The notes under the pieces are model-generated. The model was not told the DNA's origin and ran no database searches. It was given only the letters and a program-made list of their open reading frames with translations. Shown one piece after another: positions 54,821-64,000 of a DNA stretch of 64,000 nt (its first letter is position 1; the number at the start of each line of letters is the position of its first letter). The translations under genes were made by a program, and so were the position numbers. Source of the DNA: Eledone cirrhosa (Eukaryota). The stretch covers positions 183,210,001 to 183,274,000 of the forward strand of contig OZ024741.1 of NCBI GenBank assembly GCA_964016885.1, given 5' to 3'.

Positions 54821-55202
54821 ATATATAAATTAAAATGAAGAATTAGAAATAGAAGCCAGGACTATCCATCATCAGTGGTCTACTAGCTATCATAGGTATT
54901 TCTTCGCATTAAGACCAGATGGTCTTCTCATCAATATTCGCAAGTTCTTATGTTCAAAATGAATCATTGACTTGATTTTCTCATTTTTCCTCTCTTTACG
55001 TTGCCTCACCATTCGTGTTTGTTTACCTGTCTCTCTTTCTCCACCCAATTCTTTTTATCCCAATAACTTATTTTAGTTATTGTATTGCATTAGCCTGAGT
55101 TATATGGTCTGTAATGCGAAGAAATACCTATGATGGCTAGTAGACCACTGATGATGTATAGTCCTGGCTTCTATTTCTAATTCTTCATTTTAATTTATAT
55201 AT
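54821..55202. repeat. Inverted repeat (~100-bp arms); probable Penelope remnant related to 60620-60830 and 63155-63360
   Basis: 54821-54920 is the reverse complement of ~55103-55202. Confidence 0.7.
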
Positions 55203-55819
55203 ATATGTATATATATGTATATATATATGTATATATATGTATATATATATGTATGTATATGTATATATATGTATGTATATGTATATATATATATGTATAT
55301 ATGTATATGTATATGGTTATACTTGGGGAGGGTCATATTTGTGTAATATTGCCAGAATTAATAACAGAACACACTCACTGTTTGGTTGGTTTTCGCTTCT
55401 CGCTTCTGTGTCTTTTATATCGGTAATCTAACTTACTCGGTCCTCAATGTTGCCATTGACTGACCGACGGTCAAAAATAATACAGATACAATATAGACAC
55501 AAACACATATATATAGTTTATCATAAATCTTTCGTTGCACATCTGCAACATCGTCAGTGGTGTTATCGTTTCCTCCTGTTGTATTATATGTCTACGCCAT
55601 TTTTATTCAGTCTGTCTATATATTTATTTATTTATTTGCTTGTTTGTTTATTTCATTTTGTCTTCTTTGCGCATGCGTTTGCGTGTGTGTATAATGTTTT
55701 GTTTGCTGTGTGATGGGTGACTAGTGTGTGTTTATGTACTTGTTGTTATCGTGTTTGTGTATGTATTTATTTATTTATTTATTTATTTTATTTTATTTTA
55801 TTTACTTATTTATACTTCT

Positions 55820-55852
<33 letters not shown>

Positions 55853-55907
55853 GACAAGTAAGTATGTTTTGAAACAGTGAGCAGGTTTGAAATTAGAAAA
55901 TAGAATA

Positions 55908-56005
55908 GCTTTCATCGTATTTTTGACTAAAGAAATTTTAGTCTGATAATGGGGTTTAGAACCTATTATCAGACTAAAATTTCTTTAGTCAAAAATACGG
56001 TGAAA
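55908..56005. repeat. Hairpin (~45-bp arms) in a fragment related to 37202-37350
   Basis: TTTCATCGTATTTTTGACTAAAGAAATTTTAGTCTGATAAT pairs with ATTATCAGACTAAAATTTCTTTAGTCAAAAATACGGTGAAA. Confidence 0.85.
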
Positions 56006-56011
56006 TATATC

Positions 56012-56044
<33 letters not shown>

Positions 56045-56052
56045 ACACACTC

Positions 56053-56128
<76 letters not shown>

Positions 56129-57099
56129 TCATCACTATTTAACATTCGCTTTCCCTGCTAGCTAGTGTTGGACAGGTTTTCACAAACTGAGTCAGTACTG
56201 AAGTGGGACTACTAATCTCTCAGACAGGCTGGGGTTCCACATCTTGCTTACATATGGTCTCACATTCATCTCGGGAATTTTACCCTCCCTAGATAGATAG
56301 ATTCTACTGAGTGTATTTTATTGTGGAACCAGCATTAAGGAGGTCTTGGACATAACTGAAGAGTCCACCCAACCCTTGCTTGGTAAGCCTTCTATGGTTG
56401 GATACCCTTCCTATCATTAGCCACTAGAGTGGTTGTTGGTCATTGTCCCAACTGAAGAACCCTCTCTGCTCTATGGGGATCAGGATTTGAAAGGAGAAGA
56501 GATATATGTATGAAATTATGTAAGTGTGGTGTGATTTGATACGGTGAAGTAGTAACTTTTGGTAGCATCATAGGGGGAGAGAAGATGTGGTGGTGGTGAG
56601 AATAACTAAGTGGAGATAGTGGTGGTGATGTGTGGATGGTATAGCCAATTGTGTGGGGTGGGCTCTACTCATCACCAGTGTCAATAAGGAGGGGTGTAGT
56701 GATGGAGAAAATAGCTAAGGAATGGTTTTCGTGGGGGCATATGCAGGGTGCATAGGGGTGGAGAGAGTAGCTACTAAGGTGTGAAGGTACCTAAGGGCAT
56801 TAGGTGAGGAGTGTAGCTTAGGAGTAATCCTGGAGGGGGTCATAGATGGGGTGGCAGTGTGTAGTGAGGGTGAGAATAGTTACTAGAGAGTGTTAGTGAC
56901 CAAGTCTTCACAAGCACAGCATAGTGCCAGCCCTTGCAGTTCTTTGTCATTTTTGTTGTAAGGTTACATTTTTTAAGGTCAGTCTTCACCATCTCATCTC
57001 AAGTTTTCTTGGCTCTGCCTCTTCCATGGGTCCCAACCACTCGGGTTTCTTTGCATTTTTTTATGCAGCTGCCATCTTCCATGTTCAAAGGAGAAGAGA

Positions 57100-58100
57100 T
57101 ATCAGTATAAAGTCAGGACCAGTTATGCGGATACTATTGCATCCAAATTCAGAGAACTCCCTGAGCAAACTGATGATGTTGAGACAGAGTAGAGATTGTT
57201 CAGCTCAGCAGTTTCTGCTTCAGCTGTTAAAGGCTGCAGGCAAAAGGGGCTTGTTGTGGTGCCAGATGGCAGAACGACCCCTTGGTTTAACCAAGAGGCC
57301 AAAGACGCCATCTGAGCAAAGAAGGAAACCTACAAAGCATGGTTTAGAAATAAGCCCTCCTTCTTGCATTTACAGTACAAGCAGGCACGAAGAATCACAG
57401 CAGAGACAGTAAAGGTGTCCAAAATTAAGACATGATAGTATTTTGGCGTTAAGCTGGAATATGACTTCAGATCAACAAATAAAATGTTCTGGCAGACCAT
57501 CCGCCGACTTCATAATAAAGAGCCCACCCCTCACTTGCTATCACAAACGTGCCTGGGGTTCTCCTTCCTTCAGAGAGGTGCATCCTCATGAGGTGGAAAG
57601 AATACTTTGCTGATCTCCTAAACCCAATCACAACAGCATCTTCTGATAAACACGAGGTGCATCTGCTGTGCAGTGCATTGTTGCCCTAATGTCTCTATAC
57701 GAATGCCTGAATATTTGTGTTTGGATAAAAGGTGCTAAATTGAAACCATTCAATGTGGCAGTCATACTCCACCAAGGGTGCGTACTGTCACCTCTCCTTT
57801 TCCTTATTTACATAAACAGGATTGACATGCGTAGCCAGACTGGTGGGTGTAAAATCAGTCAGCTGGAATTTTCAGATGACATGGTGTTATTTAACTTGAT
57901 AGAAGGTGATTTACAAATTGCACTTGATAAGTTTGATGCTGAGTAATGCATGGCTTGAATGAAAATCAGTGCTGTGAAAACTGAGATACTTGTCCTCTCA
58001 AGGAAGCCTGTGCAGTGCATTCTACATGTGAATGGAGTTCCACTAAAGCAGGTGGAGAAGTTCAAGTATCCTGGGGCCATTTTCACGAGTGATGGAGGGC
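57100..58100 (+). mobile_element. Decayed RTE-like LINE fragment
   Basis: TPWFNQEAK, LHQGCVLSPLLFLIY, FSDD, KQVEKFKY with many lesions. Confidence 0.75.
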
Positions 58101-58761
58101 AGCCTTAAAAAGCAGAACCTCACATTAGAAATGACAAAGAACCACGAGGAGTGGCAATATGCTGCACTCTTAAAAGCCCAGCATAAAATGTGACTTGACC
58201 CATCCACATACACCACTTTCCACTAGCTTTCCTTAGTAACTATCCTCACTGTCACTGTACACCTCCACCCCATCTATGCCCCTTCTACTATCACACTTTA
58301 GGAGCTACTCTGATCATCACTGTACACCCCCAACCCATCTATGTCCTCTCCATTATCACTCCTTAGTAGCTATTCTCACCATCATTATACACCCTCATCC
58401 CACTATCATTCCTTAGTAGCTCACCAACACTACACTTCCCTCTAAAATTCTGATACACCATTCATAACCCCTTTGTAGCTGTTATCATAGTACGTCCCAC
58501 TCATGTTGTCGGAGGTCATCCCTCCCCTCCTACTCATCACCCTGTCAAATCCCACTACATTTATCTTACACCCATGACATCATACTTCTCTCCCTCTCCT
58601 CATACCCCCCCCCCCTTCATAGGATAGAGAGGACTCTACAGCTGTATAGTGGTTGACAATAAGAAGAGCATCTCATTGAAACCATGCCAAAAAAGGGTTG
58701 TGAGGAGTCATTAGTTATGTGAAAGACATGACAATTTCTCTAGCATTGGTGATCTACAAGA

Positions 58762-59230
58762 TACAAGGTGGTATCAAAAAGTTCCAGGAATAGTTACATT
58801 TAAAAAAAACTAATATTTTTATGTAAGTTTTAACATCATCTCCTTCGAAATAGTCGCCTTGCACAGCAAAACACTGGTTTCAGCGTTTGTACCACTTATG
58901 GAATCCAGCCTGGAAGTTGTTTTCTGTAAGCGAGTTGAAGACCTTCTGCGATTTGCTCTGGATCTTAGCAACTGTGTTAAAACGGCGACCTTTAAGCAGC
59001 ATTTTCAGCTTGGAGAAGAGTTGAGAGTCCACAGGTGCTAAATCTGGTGACTAGGGCAGATACATTATTGTTTTTTGTGAGAAACTCATGAGGGAGGAGA
59101 ACTCGGTGTCTGGGTGTATTGTCGTCATGAAGAATCCGATTCTTCATGCTCCACAGATCCGGTCGCTTTTGCTGAACATCCTCCCTCAAACGTTTCAAAA
59201 TGTTGCAGTAGAACTCTCAATTGATGGTCT
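58762..59230 (-). mobile_element. Tc1/mariner DNA transposon remnant (3' part and TIR)
   Basis: KRLREDVQQKRPDLW..ILHDDNTPRH, SPDLAP, KLK..LKGRRF; TIR-like TACAAGGTGGTATCAAAAAGTTCC. Confidence 0.85.
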
Positions 59231-59535
59231 GTATCCTTGTACCCAGGCTTCATAAAATATAGTACCAGTCATTAGAGTGGGATGTTGTAATACATCAACT
59301 ATATTTCTACTCATGTGTATCATGGTAGCCAGGGATAATAAAATACAGTGCCAGTCATTATAGTGGGGTGTGCTAGTAAATTGACTATATTTCTATTTGT
59401 GTGTGTCCTTGTACTTTCTGTCAGAGATCAATAACTGACAATAAATATTGTTTCATTTATGTTCATGTAATAAAATATAAACATCTAAAGCATTCCAATG
59501 TTTAGATAACAATTGATTATATAAGATCAAAAATA

Positions 59536-59567
59536 TTTCTCTCTCTCTCTCTACCTCTCTCTCTTCC

Positions 59568-59598
<31 letters not shown>

Positions 59599-59668
59599 CG
59601 CCTCTCTCGTTCTCTCTCTCTTCTCTCTTTCTTTCTTTCTTTTCTCTCTCTCTCTTTCCTCTTTCTTA

Positions 59669-59743
<75 letters not shown>

Positions 59744-59744
59744 T

Positions 59745-59797
<53 letters not shown>

Positions 59798-59880
59798 TTC
59801 TTTTCTCTCCCCTCTCTCTTTCTCTTCCCTTTTCTTTCTTTTCTCCCCCCTCTCTCTGTCTATTTTTCTCTCTCTTTTCC
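59536..59880. repeat. Polypyrimidine (CT)n/(CTTT)n tract
   Basis: Directly visible. Confidence 0.95.
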
Positions 59881-60224
59881 ACAGTTAGCTTCTCTCAAAC
59901 TCCATTTCTTTATCAATAACTCTCTCTCTCTCATTACTTCCTCAGATTCACATATACAACCCTTCTCTCTCTAGTTATATATCTTTCTCTATAATCACAT
60001 TTTCAACTCCCACATGATTTGACCCTCCTACCACAGTGGAATATTGAAGCAAGCTGGTCAGTAAGTAATAGTAGTAGTAGTATATATTTATTATGATCTA
60101 TTAATACCCCAGTCTGTTGTGTTTGTAAGTAAACACTGACTTGCAAGCATCTCTTTGAACTGTTAGCAAGTCTTGCGTATGTGTGTCTGTGTATGTGTAC
60201 ATGTAACTGTGTGAGTGTGTGTGT

Positions 60225-60282
<58 letters not shown>

Positions 60283-60287
<5 letters not shown>

Positions 60288-60513
60288 CACACAGTCCATG
60301 CTGTAATGTGGCCCTGTAGGTAACACGGTAAAAACCTCCCAGCCCACACTGTAAACGTGGTTGGTGTTAGGAAGGGCATCCAGCCATAGAAAACCTGCCA
60401 GACAGTCCTATACGAGCAGGACAACCAATCTTGACTCAAGTGGGAAAACTCCCGTCCAAACCCATGCAAGCGTGGAAGATGAATGTTAAACGATGATGAT
60501 GATGATGATGATG
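60283..60513 (+). mobile_element. RTE 3'UTR fragment with (GAT)n tail
   Basis: Homologous to 54240-54450. Confidence 0.8.
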
Positions 60514-60824
60514 AAACTCACATCTCACCCATGTCGGATGGTCTGTATCTCTCGTCCATGAATTCACCAAGCTTAAGCTTACAGATATCATGTACTTGTC
60601 TCTTCCTATCTTTCTGTTGCAATACCATCTTTGTTTGTTTACATGTCTCGCTCGTTTCACCCTATTTCACTTGTCCCAATAACTTTATTTAGTTATTGCT
60701 CGCACCAACTAGAGCTATATGCTTTTTAAAGCGATGAAATACCAATGAAAGTTGGAAGATCACTGATGAAGGACTAATTTTATTCATATGTAACCCATGT
60801 TCAACCACGCAGCACTCCATTTTT

Positions 60825-60868
<44 letters not shown>

Positions 60869-60889
60869 TGTATCATCATCATCATCATC

Positions 60890-60948
<59 letters not shown>

Positions 60949-60954
60949 ATATAT

Positions 60955-60985
<31 letters not shown>

Positions 60986-61109
60986 AATATGTATATCTAT
61001 ATATATATATATTATATATATAAATATGTATATATATATATATATTATATATATAAATATGTATATAAATATGTATATCTATATATATATATTATATATA
61101 TAAATATGT

Positions 61110-61975
61110 ATCATCATCATCATCATCATCATCAACGTTTAACGTCCGTGTTCCACGCTTGCATGGGTTTGGACGGGGGTAGTCCCACTTGAGGCAAGAG
61201 TGATTGTCTTGCTCGCATAGGACTGTCTGGCAGGTTTTCTACAGTTGGATGCCCTTCCTAACACCAACCACATTTACAGTGTGGGTCTGGGAGGTTTTTA
61301 CCGTGTTGCCTACACGGCCACATTACAGCGTGGACTGTGTGTTTTTTTGTCGTGACACCTACACGATCTCATTTGTTTCGGCCTCGATGGCGCGGCACCA
61401 ACATAACTTTACATAGAACGGGGTGGTGTGGATGGGGTGGGGGTGGGGGTGGTGGGACGGGGTGTATTTTGTTCGAGATGCCTACTGGCTGGAGTAGGTT
61501 TTACTATATATTTAGGTAAGGCGGGTCTTCTCTGTTACTGAGTACCGCCAAAGGTCTCGGTCCAGTGACATTGTCTTGGAGAGGTGTAAGTGTGTGATGT
61601 CGGAGTTTATCAGCTCGTCCCAGGTTTTTCTAGGTCTGCCTATTCCGTGACTACCGTCTATCTTTATTGCCCTGCACTTTGTTATACAGCTATCGACTTT
61701 CATGCGCATCACGTGTCCATACCAACGTAGCCTTCTCTCGAGTAAACAACATCTGATCCCTCTTATCTCTAATTTTTTCCTTAGTTCGTTTATGCTTTGC
61801 CGTTCACGTATATTACTGTTACACATCCAGCGGAGCATGCAAGCTTCGTTCCTCTCTAGTCTGCGTATATCCTCTGCACACAATGCCCAGGTCTCACTGC
61901 CATGCAGCATTGCTGTTCGTATGCAGGCATCGTACAACCTGCCTTTCATTTTTAGTGAGAACCCTTTAGCAGCTA
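61110..61975 (-). mobile_element. RTE LINE 3' end
   Basis: ORF 61512-61949(-): MKGRLYDACIRTAMLHGSETW..RRLRWYGHV..GRPRKTW. Confidence 0.9.
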
Positions 61976-62025
61976 ATATATATTATATATATAAATATGT
62001 ATATATATATATATTATATATATAA

Positions 62026-62086
<61 letters not shown>

Positions 62087-62139
62087 TATATATATATAGA
62101 TATATATAAATATGTATATATATATAAATATGTATATAT

Positions 62140-62174
<35 letters not shown>

Positions 62175-62899
62175 AATATGTATATATATATATATATATA
62201 TAAATATGTATATATATATATAAATATGTATATATATATATATATAAATATGTATATATATATATATATAAATATGTATATATATATATATATATAAATA
62301 TGTATATATATATAAATATGTATATATATATATAAATATGTATATATATATATATAAATATGTATATATATATATATAAATATGTATATATATATATATA
62401 AATATGTATATATATATATATAAATATGTATATATATATATATAAATATGTATATATATATATATAAATATGTATATATATATATATAAATATGTATATA
62501 TACTGCTAGCGTAAACCTCTTCAAATGAAGTTGATGTTTATTACGGTATGTCGAATATATTTATCTATAAAACTGTTTATATTGTATTTTGTCTGATGAA
62601 GGCATAGCATATTGTTAATATGATATCCCCGAAATATATATAATGAAATAGATATGGTTTTATAAATATAGTTTTCCATTTATTTAATATTGTAAATATA
62701 CTCCAAATATTTGTTGAGTGCTTTTATATCAGTTATAAATATTTACTAGTTGTAACCCAACAATTTTAAATATAACTTTACATATATATAAATATGTATA
62801 TATATATATATAAATATGTATATATATATATATAAATATGTATATATATATATATAAATATGTGTATATATATATAAATATGTATATATATATATATAA

Positions 62900-62940
<41 letters not shown>

Positions 62941-63100
62941 TATATATATATAAATATGTATATATATATAAATATGTATATATATATATATATAAATATG
63001 TATATATATATATATAAATATGTATATATATATATATAAATATGTATATATATATATATATATATAAATATAAATATGTATATATATATATATAAATATG

Positions 63101-63133
<33 letters not shown>

Positions 63134-63150
63134 ATATATATATATATATA
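61976..63150. repeat. (TA)n-based minisatellite [AAATATG(TA)n] split by a Penelope pLTR fragment at ~62503-62780
   Basis: Directly visible. Confidence 0.85.
62585..62650 (+). ncRNA. Type I hammerhead ribozyme
   Basis: TATTTTGT-CTGATGA-stem II (CATATT/AATATG)-GAAAT-ATAT-ATA-ATGAAATA. Confidence 0.65.
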
Positions 63151-63455
63151 TGTGAAAAAATGGGGAGAAGAATACTGCTGGTTGCACATGGATAACATGT
63201 AATAAAATAAGTCCCTCATCAGTGATTTGCCGACGATCATAGATATTTCATTGCATTAAAAATCATATACCTCACGTCGGTGCAATAATAACTAAATTAA
63301 GTTATTAGGACAATTAAAACGCGTAAAGCGAGTGAAACAAGATAACAACAAAGAGGATAGCTAACCGTAGAAGGAAGGGAACAAGCTTCATAGTTATTCT
63401 GTTAGCATAAGCTAGGTGAATATATGAGTGATATATATATATATATAAATATGTA

Positions 63456-64000
63456 TATCATCATCATCATCATTTTACGTCTGCTCTTCCCTGCTTGCAA
63501 GGGTGGGATGGGTCTTATTCAGCACAACATCTCTCCACTTGTCACAGTCCTTCGTCATCTCCACCGTGAGCTTCAGCGATCTGAGGTCTGTTCTCACCAC
63601 CTCCGCCCATGTTTTTCGTGGTCTACCTCTACCACGTCTTCCTTCAACTGGCATTTCCTGGCACTTCTTCACCCATCGGTCATCCTCCATGTGCATCACA
63701 TGTCCATACCACCTCAGTCTCCTCTCCCGTACACTACATTCTATCCCTCTCAGACACAGTTTCTCTCTCAACACATTCATGCTGGGTCGTTCACGCATAT
63801 TTACACTGCACATCTAACGGAGCATGCTTGCCTCATTTCTCTCCAGCCGTCGCATATCCTCTGCAGTTGCTGTCCATGACTCACTACCTTGCAACATCGC
63901 GCTCCTCACACAGGCATCATATAACCGGCCTTTCGTACGCAGGGAGAAACCCTTCTTCGTCAGCAGAGGAAGCAGCTTCCTAAACTTCTTCCAACCCGAC
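63456..64000 (-). mobile_element. RTE LINE 3' end (continues past the window edge)
   Basis: ORF 63475-63813(-): RERRLRWYGHV..GRGRPRKTW. Confidence 0.9.

Noticed and set aside
55318-55490. Possible hammerhead on the minus strand (TTGAGGA...GAAAAC), with a homolog at 7540-7700
   Set aside because: The core is not conserved in the homolog and stem II does not pair convincingly.

Overview
Eukaryotic, AT-rich, almost entirely repeat-derived DNA. The repeat repertoire ((TA)n microsatellites, RTE LINEs with (GAT)n tails, CORE- and Meta-type tRNA SINEs, Naiad-like Penelope elements) suggests an invertebrate, most likely a cephalopod such as Octopus; this is an inference. No host protein-coding gene can be firmly supported; there is one candidate first exon near 15.0-15.4 kb. 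Two young retroelements stand out. (1) A Penelope-like element (Naiad-type) at ~27.2-32.9 kb has an intact RT+GIY-YIG ORF, direct and inverted ~1.1-kb pLTRs, and three copies of a type I hammerhead ribozyme with a non-canonical U3-A8 core. (2) A full-length Tx1/L1-group LINE at ~40.8-46.5 kb has an intact APE-RT ORF2 and, like a truncated relative at 7.8 kb, sits in (ATCT)n. Many short inverted-repeat Penelope remnants lie next to (TA)n tracts, several with further hammerheads. The window also has a near-complete U2 snRNA copy between a Helitron end and a SINE, decayed RTE (with an RT-internal PHD-like finger), CR1, R4/Dong-like and mariner fragments, a compound satellite at 2.7-7.5 kb and a 200-N gap. 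Most short ORFs in the track are microsatellite artefacts. All calls are by eye; boundaries of decayed elements are approximate.
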